A stretch of 61,346 bases of DNA, filler included, from Sphacelaria rigidula (Eukaryota): NCBI GenBank assembly GCA_964200075.2. It is 8 parts of 8 records of this genome, joined end to end, with 100 filler letters (N's around TTAATTAATTAA, not from the genome) between each part and the next. Parts side by side here need not be neighbours in the genome. Positions count along the whole stretch, not along the records: positions 46,087 to 53,666 come from CAXNAA020014237.1; positions 53,767 to 61,346 come from CAXNAA020014238.1; 6 more parts are not named here. One strand, written 5' to 3'. Each line of letters opens with the position of its first letter. Position 1 is the stretch's first letter. Shown here piece after piece: positions 47,631 to 60,572 of the stretch. The notes below the pieces were generated by a model. The model was not told where the DNA came from. It saw only the letters and a list, made by a program, of their open reading frames with translations, and made no database searches. A program made the translations under genes and the position numbers.

Positions 47631-47994
47631 TGTGGAAGACACTTCTTTGCAGTGACATATCAGAGATTGATGCCACACATGTGTGGAGAACCAGCGCATG
47701 CGGGTACAAGGTAGGAACGGTTCGAAAGGATCCGATTGCCGACATACCGTAATGCCCAAGAAACTAGACAACTCGGGGTGATGCCAGGAAGAGCCGGATC
47801 TTGAGACGACCCGACATCCCCCGAGGGGCTGGTCACCCCCCTGTGATCACATTCTCGTCTGGCCCACTTCTTGCTTACATATCACAAGAGGGAATCATCG
47901 CCAGCCCCGGAGTTCCTTCGGTATCAGGACGACATCTCCAACGAGAGTCTACCCCGTAGGTCTCTGTCTACCCTAGCGATACGCCTTCGTCATA
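47631..47994 (+). mobile_element. Solo LTR of the same Gypsy family (older)
   Basis: TGTGGAAGAC...CTTCGTCATA; flanks acga/acaa (4-bp TSD with one mismatch). Confidence 0.85.
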
Positions 47995-48825
47995 ACAACA
48001 CCAGCTTCTCTCTGAGAGGAGGACCTAATTATAAGGGTCACCGAGGAAAACAAGATTATTTAGGCTTTGGAAACATCCAGCACGACCAAGCCGACACGGT
48101 AGTGACAAAAGCAGCCTTGCCTACGTCCACGAGGCGCTGGCGGCCGAAAAGAATCGATAACGGGGATTCGACAATACCCTACTATTGGACGTGATACAAG
48201 CGCGTGACTCGGAGCATTCGCGTAAATCCAAGAATGCGATGTGATAGTAAAACGAGAGCGTACATTGCTTATATCCAATGCTTCAAACCTAGGACACTGA
48301 TCATTGGATTGCCTCTCACCCCTCCGCTCACGCCCCCTTCCCCTCAAAGAGAAAATAAGGAACTTCCTCACCAATGCAACGCCAGACGACCGGAAAAATT
48401 CGATTGCCTTGTCGTGCAACGGCTCTGCCGAGAGGTTGATGGCCGACCGTAGGTTTAGCTGCGATAAAAACGGGAAGCTCCCGGTCTGATCGATACGGTA
48501 GAGAAACAAAAAAACGGAAGAACGAAAAACAGAAATAGGAGTGACTGGAACGATTTGCGCAAAAATAAGCTTTTCTTTAAATCGCGCGAATGTCATCTAT
48601 AGATCAATCCATTGACCGCCTATGTCCCTAATTCTAGGCCAATTCAATAGACTCCGGGAGGTTTGGGGTAGTGGTCTCTTTTGGAGATACAGCAGCTGCA
48701 TAGATTCAGATGGGCTCGGGCTATACAGGACTGTGCTATGCGTACATCCTTGGCCGTAACTATCGTTTCGCGCGAGTCAAGACCAGGCGCATCGGCTGTG
48801 ACGTGCATCATCTCTCGATCGTGAA

Positions 48826-49017
48826 AGGGGCTCAGCAGTCCCTGTTCCTCGTCGACCGTGAAGTCGACTTTTGTGTACCTACGACATAGTCGCTATCCAC
48901 TGTTGGACATGGTGTGAGAAAGAACAAAACAATCGTGTGATTGCACAGAGATTCGAACCCATGACCCAACCGTCGGGAGGATTTGAAGGTACGAACTACG
49001 CCACCGGGGCGACTGGC
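48826..49017 (-). mobile_element. SINE 5' half (tRNA-derived head)
   Basis: gagattcgaacccatgacccaaccgtc..caccggggcga, colinear with 21721-21901. Confidence 0.85.
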
Positions 49018-50334
49018 CATTGATCCTTGTGTCACCGCTATCAACATTTACGACAGTGTAAGCCTCCCATTCGAGGTTCATCCACATTCATCCACTGTGT
49101 TAATGTTTCACAGTATGCTTATTTTTGTACGGGAGCTTCCTCGGTAGTTGCATTTCGGTCCGGGACTTGAAGGTCATCAACAGCGACAAAAGATAATCGA
49201 CAGGCTGAGAGCCTCTTGGCAAAACACCCTGGATTGTGCTAAAAAGAGCAGGAGGTTTTGGCTTGACCGCATCGGCGAAGTGAACTAGTGGGCAAGGACG
49301 GCATCCCTAGGGTTACAGTGCCCCTGCAGGTCGCTCATTTGAATCACAACCGTCTACACCAGAGTCACCAACGACTTGGCGTCAGGATAAAAGACGAATG
49401 CGTTTCAGAGGCAGCTCTACAGTGAGTAACGACATAGGACATCCCTTGATACTTTCTTGTCTGTTCCGGCGCAGATGCCTCCCTTTACAACAACGCGGAC
49501 CGCTTCAACAAGTCCAGTTCGCGCTCTGTGACACGAACGATGGCCGCATAATGATGTTACGGACCTGGAAGACGTTTCACAGTTCGCACGGCGATCAGCA
49601 GAAGCACTGCTCGTGTCTATCATCTGATTTCGTTCGAGATGGTTTCTTCGCAGATTCGATTTCCTGCTCTGAGCACAAACGACCTGGCGCCACTGCCGCG
49701 TGTACCGCATACGCGGAGAGACCCCAAACGTTTGAGTAGCGTTTCCAAGGTCCTTGGCCAGGGCTGTGGTGCACTTCGCTACGTTTTGCTCTGCTTCGGG
49801 TAGTAGCTGCTTTCAAAACACGAACGCAAATACCGTTCGCAGGTAGAGAACAGGCGGGGGTGCCATGAGCACGGGAGAAGGCGCGGTAGTAGAAAACACC
49901 CCCTTGCAGCAGGACGGAACAGAGGCGCACAGGGCACGAGAAACAAGAAACTTGCAACAGATTTAGGGGAGGGGAGCGCTGGGACACAGTGGGGGCGCGA
50001 TACCTCTGGGTTCTACTGTACGCCCACGGTCGTTTTCGGCTGCCTATAGCCGCAACTCCCACCGCTTCAAGCATTGTGACTAATGCGCTTGGATGCTATT
50101 ATCGCACTAGCTCAGAAGGAAACAATAAAACGAGATAGGGCGGAGATCTTGACGTTCCCGACTTCTGTCTGGGGGTTCAACAGCAGGAGGCGGCTGAAGC
50201 ACTGATCTCCTGAGGAGATCTACTCGAGGAACACGAAATGAAGAAACTTGTGTTAGGAGAGCGAGGTAACAACTTGTATCACCACCCGCACTGTCAAGCT
50301 CTAGAATAATGACGCACAGACGGTTTTGCGCACT

Positions 50335-50485
50335 AGGGTTTGTGCCATGTGCGCAGTGGGCCTTCTCGGTTCTCTTCGAACCGACCGGACGCACCCTTTG
50401 TTCCTGACTGGCTAGCTTGATTTCCCGTCAAGAGCCGGGACACCTTGGTGGAATTTTTTCTCATATTTTTAGTGAGCGACTAGTG
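50335..50485 (+). repeat. Third, diverged copy of the repeat that flanks the TPR array
   Basis: atgtgcgcagtgggccttctcggttctcttcgaaccgaccggac..ccgggacacctt. Confidence 0.65.
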
Positions 50486-51083
50486 TGCCGTGGAAGGTAC
50501 AACACAGCTTTTCGGAGAGAATTGCGGACTGCATGCGTGCTGCTGTACGGAACAGTCGTGACTTTACAGTACTGACTATGCAGCATGGCACTGCAGTGTA
50601 CTGGTTTCCTGCGGGGAGTGCATGCACCGCGAGGCTCACAGCATCTCACACTGCGCATGGGACGTTAGAGGCACTGATTCTGAAAGTTGGGACTTATTCT
50701 TTTTTGGGGGGGGATATTTCCGATTGGTTGCGAGTTGATGCCAGATTCTCATCTCCCCCGAAATCACTCTCAGGAAAATAATGATTTGAAAATTAATTTT
50801 CGTGACAGCGGATGAACATTCGCGTGAGAATGCAAAAAGGAACGTTACATGGTTGCGAGGCATGGGCTGTTCGGCTCTTCATGGGGCACACAGCTAGCTT
50901 TCCCATCACCAGGAGTAGCCACGCTGCCTGTAATCCCTTCAACAACATTAGCCACGCGTGAGAGACACACCCGACGCGCAGAGCTCCCACAGAGAGATAC
51001 GCACAGCTATATCGCCCAGTGCTTCGCCGAGTGAGCAAGCATGGGCCCATCCGCGGTTCGTACGGACCAGCGAATCCAGCACG

Positions 51084-51371
51084 GTGGCAATCATGCGCAA
51101 GGTGGACGTTGTCGCATGTTCGGAACGCGGACCGCTCTTGCATGAGGAAGAGCAGAAGCAGCAGCAGCAGCAGCTGAACCACCAGCAATAGCATCGGCAC
51201 CGGCACCTGATTCAGCCCCCGCCCCCAACCGTACACACCTGCTGTTGGTAATAAAGGTGGTGATGTTCCTGCTGCTGCTGCTGCTGCTATTGCTTATTCT
51301 CCTTCTCGTGCGGAAAGTGGTCCACGTTTCGATCTGCGACAATGCCCATACACCTTGCGCGTTATTGCCGC
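51084..51371. repeat. Imperfect inverted repeat, ~105-125-bp arms containing CAG/CTG tracts
   Basis: gcgcaaggtggacgttgtcgca..gcagcagcag pairs with ctgctgctg..tgcgacaatg..caccttgcgc. Confidence 0.8.
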
Positions 51372-52840
51372 CCTATTTGAGATTGCTGGCCTGTTCGCGT
51401 GTTGTTACCGTCGCTGCATTTTCAGTACGTATCACTTGCTTCCCCGCCTAGATTGGAACGGCGCGCGATTTCTCGTGATGATAAAGTTGTGAAGCGTCAT
51501 TTCACGATCACCATCACGAAATGACTCACTTTCCGTGTTTCGTGAAAGCGCCGCCTTCAGTGTTCCACAACACTATTACAGACAGTGTGAAGCTGACAAC
51601 ACATGATGGGTCAGGCAGGCGGCATGGACCACGAGCACGGTGAACAGCACGTTATCTGTATCCGTATACTCTGTGATCGACTTGCCATGGCCAAATTGAG
51701 AAATGCGGCTAGTCAGGGAAGTAGTCCAGCTGTAGTCCATCTGTAGGGGAACAAAGTGGTCATTTTGATAGCCGTGATTGGTCAGAATGGGCCTATAACT
51801 TTCCGTGGAAAATTTTCAAGCACACTTGACTTGGTGAGCTTTATGGGTTGTTCTGCGAACAGGCCTCCACCCCCCCGTCAAAAAGCACCACCCCCCCCCC
51901 CCGGAAACCCCCAGATGTCCCTGGACTGCCAACCTGTGAAACCGTTCCGAGGCGACGCTCGTTGTCTCACGGTCAAAAGTGCTCAGGTATACCAGGGCGG
52001 AACTGCCCTTCTTGTCGAAGGGGATTTTTCCCTTCATCAAAATCCCCTTTTTCAAAATCGACCGCTGATTGGTCGCTGCGATATCACCCCCCCCAAAAAA
52101 ACAAAATCCCCAAAACGTGCAGAGCAATCCCCATTTTTGGAGGGTTCCAGGAAGTGCGAAACACTCTCTGAAATCCCCTTTTCGAAAGGGGATTTTCGGA
52201 CACCTTGACGGGGAATATACATGTCCAGTTGACAGGGGCACATGCAAGGGCTTATCACACACCCCAACAAAATCCAAGCTGAACCTGAGCAACTTGGTGC
52301 CCCCGCGACCCAAAAACGTCAGCTCGAGCCGTAGCTGCTCATCAGCTGAGCAAGCTCTGCGTGACCTTGCTCAAATCTGTTCAGCATTCATTGAGAAATG
52401 ATGATCTGTGTGGGACGCGCGCACAGCACACGCTTACAACTTGTCAGCAACGACACATTTTTCGGTTGTTTTTGACACGCACGCGGCCGCCATTCGTCCA
52501 ATACAGAAGGGCTTTCCGTCAAACAAAGACTGCCATGTGTAGATTAGCAAGGGCTACGAGGTCGTGGCGATGAAACTGATGCGCGTGAGTTGTGGGTGTC
52601 TGTACGTGATTTTTCGGGGCTGGGTGTGTAGGTGTTTTGTTGACTCATGGCGTTTCTCTGTAGCATTACAGAGACGTTGGACTACCGACCACTTCCAGAC
52701 CCGCCGCATTCCTGAACCTGCATGCAGATCTGGGGTTTGATCTGTACAAAACTATTTCTCGGTAGGACTCAGAACTGGTCGTTATGGGGCCAATCCCCTG
52801 TCAGAGGGGGATTTTGAAAAAGGAGAAAATCCCCTTCGAT

Positions 52841-53510
52841 AATGTCGCCACCGAGATCCATAGCCGCACTGGCCAGGTCTGGACGTGCTTCTACAAGTAC
52901 AGCAGAGCGATATACGATAACCCGTACATCGCCCTAGTCACCAAGGTTCGTCCCCTAAAAACTGAAGTGATCGAGGTAATCCTGTACGGCTGCGTGACCT
53001 GGACGATCGCACGCGACAATTTCGGCGCGTTACGGGAGGCCCATCGAGGATTCCTGCTGCGGTACCTCAAAAAACATACCTCAAGCCGCAGCTCCCCTGA
53101 CTACCACATGCTGCCATACCACGAGGTCCTCGGAAGAAGTACCTGCGGGTGCATTGAGGCCACCGTGATGAAGCGAACCCTCCTACACGCCCGCCGAGAT
53201 TGTGCCCATGCACGATGAACGCCTCCCCAACATCGTCATGCATGGAATCATGGTTGGAGGGAAGAGGAGGGCAGGCCGACCGGCAAGGCGCCTACAACAC
53301 TGGATTACAGACTACTATTCGTACTTCGGAATAAATGCGACATCATGGACGCAGGTTGCTCTAGATGTGTCTGAATGGTTCTGCGTTGTAGAAGAGGGGG
53401 CTAACATGTACATGGCAGCCTGGACGAAAGCACGCCACGCCAAGAAACTGTTTGCTGTGCTACCACTAGGGCCCCCCCAGTGCCTACCGAGGACTTCCAA
53501 CAAGTAACCA
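52841..53510 (+). mobile_element. RTE-type LINE 3' fragment
   Basis: EIHSR..KVRPLKTEVIEVILYGCVTWT..EAHRGFLLR..IEATVMKRTL, a frameshift, then DERLPNIVMHG..GRPARR..W..A.D..EW...VEEG. Confidence 0.88.
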
Positions 53511-53614
53511 GTAATCCATCGGGTAGTACACTCGCTAGTACATCTGCGACCTTCCCGAGCAGCTGTGGTAGTTGTCTATGAGGGTGCCTGGGGTTTGTGA
53601 CGGTTTAAGAGACA

Positions 53615-53666
53615 ACCAACTAGACTACTGACCAGTCAGCACTGACTGGTCAGTAGCCTAGTTGGT
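53615..53666. repeat. 52-bp near-perfect palindrome at scaffold end
   Basis: accaactagactactgaccagtcag-ca-ctgactggtcagtagcctagttggt (one mismatch between the arms). Confidence 0.9.
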
Positions 53667-53766
53667 NNNNNNNNNNNNNNNNNNNNNNNNNNNNNNNNNN
53701 NNNNNNNNNNTTAATTAATTAANNNNNNNNNNNNNNNNNNNNNNNNNNNNNNNNNNNNNNNNNNNN
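53667..53766. other. Artificial scaffold linker
   Basis: 44 N + TTAATTAATTAA + 44 N. Confidence 0.97.
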
Positions 53767-55722
53767 AGCGCACTGATTATCTCGCATTTGGATGACAGCC
53801 TACAATGAGTTGCTTTACTTTCTGGTATCGCAACTTCAAGGGGCCATAGGGGGGGGCAGAGGGAATCATTGGCTTGGTTTGCAACATCCACTACTGCATA
53901 CTCACCATGTGTTATTGGACGCTTCTCCTGTGTATCTGTAAGAACCCGCATCCTCGACAATAGATTACAGTGTCACAAAGTGTACTGCGTACAGTATGGA
54001 ATCCATTGTCTACTCCAATGAGCGCAATAGTCGATACTGAGTACACTTTTTGACAATATCGTCTACTGTGATCATCCAGGGCGTGTAAGAATCACGGGGG
54101 GGGGGGGGGGGGTATTTGCAAGTGCGACGCAGATGTACTTGTCAATTTTTTTTTTTTTTCTCACATTTTCTTATACNNNNNNNNNNTTGTCTCTTTTTGT
54201 CGAAGCTAGTTCGACACGATGGGGGAGAGGGAGGGGAGCGGCGGGGGGGGGGGGGGGGGGGGGTATTCGCAAGTGCGACGCAGATGCTACTGCTATAATT
54301 TATTGATCATCGCACATTGACTGATACCCGCGGGATCTAGTCTTGGTCATTATCTACAAGACAGGCGTACTCGAAGATATCAACAAAACGGAAACACTCG
54401 CTGGATAAAAGTGAGTATTATAAAAAACATTACTCAGAGCAACATCATGTTTCCGAGCGAATATATGTTTAATGTCCATGACAAGGACAGCCGCTTCAAC
54501 AGCTCGTGGATGAAAATGGTCGTCGAAAAATATCCATCGCATCACATACTTCACGTCATGCTCCGCAGGAGTGTTAGTTACGAATCTTTTCCTGTTGCAT
54601 TGGGCGCGAACACGCTATCGTACTCACCTCTTCTTCCATCAGCCTTTGTTGTTCGGGGGTGGTGGCCTCCGTGCTCATGTACGCAACCGTCACATGCCGC
54701 CGACAAACTCTGCTGTTTTCACTTGAAAAAAAAATCACGGGACGAGTCGAGGCGACAACCATTAGTAGAGCTTACGCATTGGTCATCAAACATGTTTGGT
54801 ATCGTCGATTACTTGATTTTAGTGGAAACATCGATATTCGCATCTTTAGAGGGGCTGACAGTCCCAAGTGCCCCATGAGTTGCCCAGATCATGTTATTGC
54901 CCAATCAGCGCCTGCGGCGTCGATTTGAGGTCTGTCAACGCATGCTTTGCCTAGAGCAACCGTTGCACCTCCTTCGCCCGAGGGTTCTCGTATACCTTGG
55001 TCGGGGTTAGGGCGAGCGTTGGTTCAAAACCATAATTTCCTGGGAAACGCTCTGTCAACCATGTTTCACGACCGATGCGTGAACAGGACTGAAAGCCAGA
55101 AATGACCGCACAGAAACCCCCCACCCCAAAAAAATTCAAAAATGATGATGATGATTATCGGAGGGGAGGTTGAAATCTCTTCCTCAACCGACCGTCTACA
55201 CTTGGAGGCGTGTAGCACCTCGGGATTTGGGGAACACCAATGTGATCTACACCCGCCCCGAAGCGTATCTGCCCCACGGAAGCTCTCCGAGGTTCCGTGT
55301 ATCTACATACGAAGATCCTATATCTGCGCAATGCTCGTGGCCTGCGAGTCTGAGGAAGGGAGTACTGCAAACGCCTCTTCACCTGATGACACTAGCCCAC
55401 CCAGACGAGCCTCCATTACACTTGCAATGAAGAAGAAATCATCCAAGCAACGAAAGTTGAGTTTTTTTCTTTACTCGTGGAGTCATGAATGGAATGAAGG
55501 CGACCCAAAAACAAATACAACAGAGACACAGTCCTCAACAGGGCGATGGCCAGTCCTTTGCCCGATCCTTCCACACCTCGAACAAGAAAATCAAATACTC
55601 CTACCAAGAGGCGCAATTGCGCAATTGCGCTGAAAAGCGCAGGATAACACAATGCTGCTACGGCTAGGGATGAAACGGAGGGGCACACAATGCTATGACG
55701 CGCTAGCTAGAAAGAACACGAC

Positions 55723-56475
55723 GTGTGGCGCAACGGCAGTGGCCGACGGAGGCCCAATGCCGTTGCGCCCACTGACGCGCCGACTCAGTCTCCCGGGCCT
55801 TCGCCCCCACTGTCCGCGCCCCCGGCCACCGCAGTGACGACCGCGGCCGCTCCAACGCCGCCTCTTGCTTCACTCCCCGCGGCAGATATCGACGACCGCC
55901 CTCTCCTGGGTGTTGAACATTGCCCGCCCGGCCTCCTGCCGCCCATCTTTTTAGCCGGCCCACGGGCCGAACAGGATCAACTATTGCAGGATTACGCGGC
56001 GCTGGCTGCGTCCCCGGCCCCTGCCCCATCCACGTCCACGAGCACCGCGGCCGCCGATCAGTTGGCCAACCAGCTCGTCCAGGACAATCTCTCGGCCAGG
56101 TTGGATGCGCAACAGTCCGCCGTGCGCCGCGCGCGCACCAGCACAGAGGCAGCGAGTAAGACCCTTCAAGAACGCCGCCTTGAAGCCCGGGCTCTACAGG
56201 CCATTATCGAAGAGGATGAACGCCGACTTCATGCGTACACCGACGCCTCGGATGACGCGGAGCGACAATTACGCAGCATTGAGGCAGACCGGAGACTTCC
56301 ACCAATTCATACACCTTCATCGTCGGCCCCGCGTCCCCATCCTACACCTACAACCAACTCCAATTACCGCATTTCCCGGCGCGCGGATGGCTCGACATCA
56401 TCTCCTCCACCAGCTCCGGCCGCATACTCCGCCGATAGGATCCCGGCGACCACATGTTTTTTCGAAAACTTCTGA
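55723..56475 (+). CDS. Pro/Ala-rich ORF with a coiled-coil segment, probably a retroelement gag-like fragment
   Basis: 250-aa GC-rich ORF with the heptad-like stretch QLANQLVQDNL..LQERRLEARALQAIIEEDERRL; no diagnostic motif. Confidence 0.35.
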   Translation: MWRNGSGRRRPNAVAPTDAPTQSPGPSPPLSAPPATAVTTAAAPTPPLASLPAADIDDRPLLGVEHCPPGLLPPIFLAGPRAEQDQLLQDYAALAASPAPAPSTSTSTAAADQLANQLVQDNLSARLDAQQSAVRRARTSTEAASKTLQERRLEARALQAIIEEDERRLHAYTDASDDAERQLRSIEADRRLPPIHTPSSSAPRPHPTPTTNSNYRISRRADGSTSSPPPAPAAYSADRIPATTCFFENF

Positions 56476-57516
56476 TTGCATTTTGAAAAGGTCTGATTGG
56501 TTCTGAAAATATATTCTAAAAAAAAACGAAGCACTTTTCTGTCACAGAAATCTAGCCGAATCTGAAATGGCCTGAGACAACAACCAATTTGAAAATTGGA
56601 ACAAGAATAGGCACTTTTTTTTTTTTCATGTACGGAGTCCCGTGCGGCACTGAGGCTTTTTCCTAGACGGGTCTGAAAAACACGGCTCGGGCTATGGTTT
56701 TGCGTGAAAGCTGTGAATACTCAACCATATGTCGTTCAAAACGCAGCACGTTGAAATCCACACTTTTCCATTACCAGTACCAAAATATAGTCACCGTAGC
56801 TGCATCAAATACGAAGTGTGGTGGGCTCAATTTTTAGTCGAGTCCAGATTGGTACAAACATTGATTGTGGATACAAGGGGTGCTATCGGGGTATAGTGGA
56901 GTATGGCCGTAGAACCGCATTGGGTAGATTTCGACAGTTTCAAGAGGTTTGACACAGATGGGGTTGATGTGAATGCGAGAGGGTCAAGAGTCTGGAACCT
57001 ATCCCTTAGCCAGGAGTGTTCGATTAGGTGATTAGGGGCGGTTGGAGGGCGAATAGAGCAACGAGGAGCTGTAGACGTGGAAGATAAAATGTGACGACCG
57101 GGTGCGGAGCATCTTCTCGTGGTGTTTTGGAGTGGGCCATGCAGAGTTTGGCACGCCCCACCCTCGTTCAGTTCTCACCATCCCCTCAGCCACAGCGCTT
57201 TGGTTTTCTGCTAAAATACTGTAATAGGTGCATGATAAAAGATTCATGAACACTTTACACGACTCAAGTCTTGGCCACTTTCCTGCAGCAAATTACACCC
57301 TTCCACTAAGGAACATCTCCAGCAACCACCTCAGCAGCTCGCCTCAGCATCGATTGCCAGTCCCACAACAGCAACACAGACAAAATAATCTACACGCGAG
57401 AAGAAGGAACATCCGTGTCTCGAGAGTCAAATTCAGGCTCCTCGGAGTTGCGTCGACGGTAGGATTGCTGTGCTGCTGCTTGGGGGATTCCGGCTGTCTG
57501 CTTGAGTGCGTGAGTC

Positions 57517-60060
57517 ATGTCAGGTGCGACGGGTACTCGTGGTACGGGTGGGGGAAAACGTCCGGCTACGCTGTCCCAGCGGCCTGCTGCGGCCCCGCGT
57601 CTGGCCGTATCTCCGAGTCTGGTTGAGGCCCGCGCTGCGCGAGCAGCGAGTAGTGAGTCCGGTTCCGATTCGTCCATTCGTAGTGTCCATGCTGCTCGTT
57701 TGCCGGCTAGTTCGGAACGTTGGCCTCCCGAGGGTGATACCCTGCCTGTGCATGCTGGTGAGAATTCCCCTTCATCGCCGGAGGGTAAGGCGAGTGCGTC
57801 GGGGTCGACCCCGCTTGGGAAGGGTATGGTTGGTAAGGTTGAAGGGGGTAAGGTTACCATTGGTACGGGTGGGGGAAAGGGCGGTTTCGGCCCCCCGAAC
57901 CCCCGGTGAAGGGTCTCGAGGCAGGGTGGGCTTTCGCATTTTGGGCCCCGAGGGACGGCTAATTCGATAGTTGATGAAACGCCCGACCTTGAAGTGGCTC
58001 TTTCAGCGCAGATCGATGCAGAGGGAAGTTCTGCATACTCGAATAGTTGCGGTCAAGAGGAGGCAGTTCCGCCGTTGGAGGTAGGTCGTGGTACGACGAT
58101 GGTCGCGAGTGGCCGCGTTTATGTTCGTGTCTGGAGTTCTGGCGTGCCTCCTGCACGGCGTGCGACGGTTGCGGAGGGTTTTGCTGAGGAGTCGTCTGTA
58201 TCCCTCAGCGCGCCTGTTGGCCCCCGTCGTGCCGTTTCTGCTCCGAATGTGGCTGACACGACGGAACAGTCCGTTGACCTGGCGGAGCACGCTGTCCCCG
58301 CTGCGGATGAAGTAGCCGCAGCGGAGCCTGCGTCGCGACGGGGTTGTCGTGTAATGGGCAACGACGACCGTCGTTCGCCCTCTCCACCGCCTATATTGAC
58401 TATTCAAGAACAGGAGGTGAGACGGGAATTGGTTTCGGAGGCAGGTAAAGTTTCTGGCCCGATTGACCGTGGAAAAGCGTTGGTTGACAGAGGGTAATGC
58501 GTTGGCGGCGGATGAATTGTTAGCGCGACGGTTGCAGGCGGAGGAGGACCGTTGTGGTCGCACAGAGGTTTCTAAGGTCGAAAACGGATCCTCCGCCGCT
58601 AGGGAGGGTCCTTCCTAGCGGCTCCCGATCGCCTGGGGTCGTCAAGCCCGTGGTACGTGACGAAGGTTGGAAGCAGGTGTCGGGTTCCTGCACGTATGCG
58701 GAGGCGTTTGATGTGTTAAAGGATTCGACCCCGGACGATTTGTTTTGTCCCCCACAGGAGGCCATGGCCGGCATTGCGGTTGCGGCTTCTCGGGAGGCGG
58801 TGTGGGACAGTGTCCTCGAGAGGAACGATGCGGCCGGGGTCGCGTCTCAGACAGCGGCTCGTCGAGTGGCCGCCGCAGAACTCGAACTCGGGGCGGCGCA
58901 GTTCGAAAAGGATCAGGTGGATGCGATCCAGGGGAGATCGCGTCTCCGATCCGAGCCACGATACCCGGGGCTTCCGGCGCCCCCGGCCGCACCGCCCGTC
59001 GCAAGTGTTTTTGGAGGATTTTTTCCCAGTCCCGCGTCCACCGCGTGGGGTGGGTATTCCCTACAATGAGACGCACAGCGGACACCGAATCCTCCACACC
59101 TTCGATCAGCGGCACTGACTGTTGCATGTTACGCGTAGAGGACAACGGCAACTTTGGCAGGTCCGCCAGCAAATGAAGCTCAAGCTTTGAGTAACCCTGC
59201 GCAATATGAGCAGTATGTAACGTGGGGAAACCGTCACCCAAGTCTGTCGTTCCCTGTGATTTGGCTACTCCCGCCCCCGCCCAGCTCCCCCCGCCCCCCC
59301 CCCCGCCCACCCCCCCCGACCNNNNNNNNNNTATGTAACGTGGGGAAACCCTCCCCCAAGTCTTTCGTTCCCTTTGATTCCCCCCCCCCCCCCCGCCCTC
59401 AAACCCTACTCCCTGGGAGCTCCCATGAGCAACCCAACCCTCAAACCCAACCCCGGTTCCATTAGAAATCACCCATCTCCTCGCGTCCCGGCGCTCTTGC
59501 CCCCACGACCGAAAACCCGGCTGGATCCGGGCCCCCTCCGATTGCGCCGGCGCCCCGCTCCCTTGAGCATCCAACACCGCGAGCCTCGCCAAGACTCCCA
59601 CGCCGCTGCGCAGAAGATCTCGCTGCTCGTGCTCCCAACCCTGTAACGCCTGGTGCGGCGGGCAAGAACCCTTCAAGGCCCGGATTTGGCGGCAAAACCC
59701 CGGTAAGGACGCCCCCAGGGGGCAACGGGAGAATCTCTAATCGACTCCCACATCATAGAGTCTAGGCAACGAAAGCTCTCCGCCCCCCCCCAACTCGCCA
59801 GTAGGCCGAGGCGTTGTGTCGAGGCCACCGCCGCTCGCCCACCCCGAGGGAGGGGCCGGTGTTCCGCGCGACACATCGTGCGCCACTCGTGAGGCTTTCC
59901 CCCCCGCGCCAGCGGCCGCGGTTCCGCCCGGCGCACTGGAGGCACACCTGCCGGCATCCCCCGCCCCCCCGCGGGCCGAAAAGGGAGCTGCCGCATCTAA
60001 TCGGCCCGTGTCAACCGCAAACGGCGGTACGGAAGTAGCAAACGCAATGCCGTTCCCCGC
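57517..60060 (+). pseudogene. Fragmented GC-rich, low-complexity gag-like coding region of a retroelement
   Basis: Chain of Ser/Pro/Ala-rich ORFs (57517-57909, 57994-58497, 58554-59069, 59816-60127) directly upstream of an integrase C-terminal-like segment. Confidence 0.35.
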
Positions 60061-60064
60061 TCCG

Positions 60065-60572
60065 AGCCTCACGCATTGGGGCAGTTTGGACGTTCCGCGG
60101 TGGGAGCATGAAGCCGACCTTGAGTAGTACCGTCGGCAGGTAATCTTGAAATATTGGTTGGGCGAACCAATACAGCTTAAAGGTGACAACGCGCAATACC
60201 GTAAATATCGCACTCATTTGTCGCGGCGCATAACGGGGCACGAACGGGGTGGATATTACGTGGCGCCGGGGTATAGGGTGTCGGGACGAAGGAATGATGG
60301 GCCAGATGTGTACAACTCTGACATTGTGGGCTCTTATGTGTATTTTAAAAACGGCCTCCGCAGGTTGGCAGTTGTCCGAGGTGGTTGGGCTTGAGGAGAA
60401 CCCAGGTCAGCAGGAGCGTCCACACAGTCTCCGCACGATGGACTTGGGTCGAAAATACGCGTTGCATCTCAAGTGGGCCGCCCTCGATGAGAGCCGTGGT
60501 CAACCGGGGGACTGGTGCTGGCATATTCACATGCTGCGGAAAACCGCCAAATATTTTGCGCATGGCTGGTAA
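60065..60572 (+). pseudogene. Chromodomain-like plus C-terminal extension typical of Gypsy pol ends, disrupted
   Basis: THWGSLDVPRWEHEADL (chromo-like W..WExE), a stop, then ILKYWLGEP..YR..APGY..GSYVYFK, a frameshift, then GWQL..PGDWCWHIH. Confidence 0.55.

Noticed and set aside
51990-52840. Clustered aggggatttt/aaatcccct inverted motifs
   Set aside because: Probably transposon subterminal remnants, but termini and TSD could not be defined.
54095-54290. Duplicated G-run plus gcaagtgcgacgcagatg
   Set aside because: Straddles a 10-N gap and homopolymers; probably an unmerged overlap.
57148-57160. TGGCACGCCCC as a primer-binding site
   Set aside because: Not preceded by an LTR-ending CA, and no second LTR copy was found.
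59213-59400. Duplicated tatgtaacgtggggaaacc segment
   Set aside because: Flanks a 10-N gap in low-quality C-rich sequence; likely an assembly artefact.
58642-59676. 344-aa minus-strand ORF
   Set aside because: Spans an N gap and C/G homopolymers; it is the antisense shadow of a GC-rich plus-strand region.
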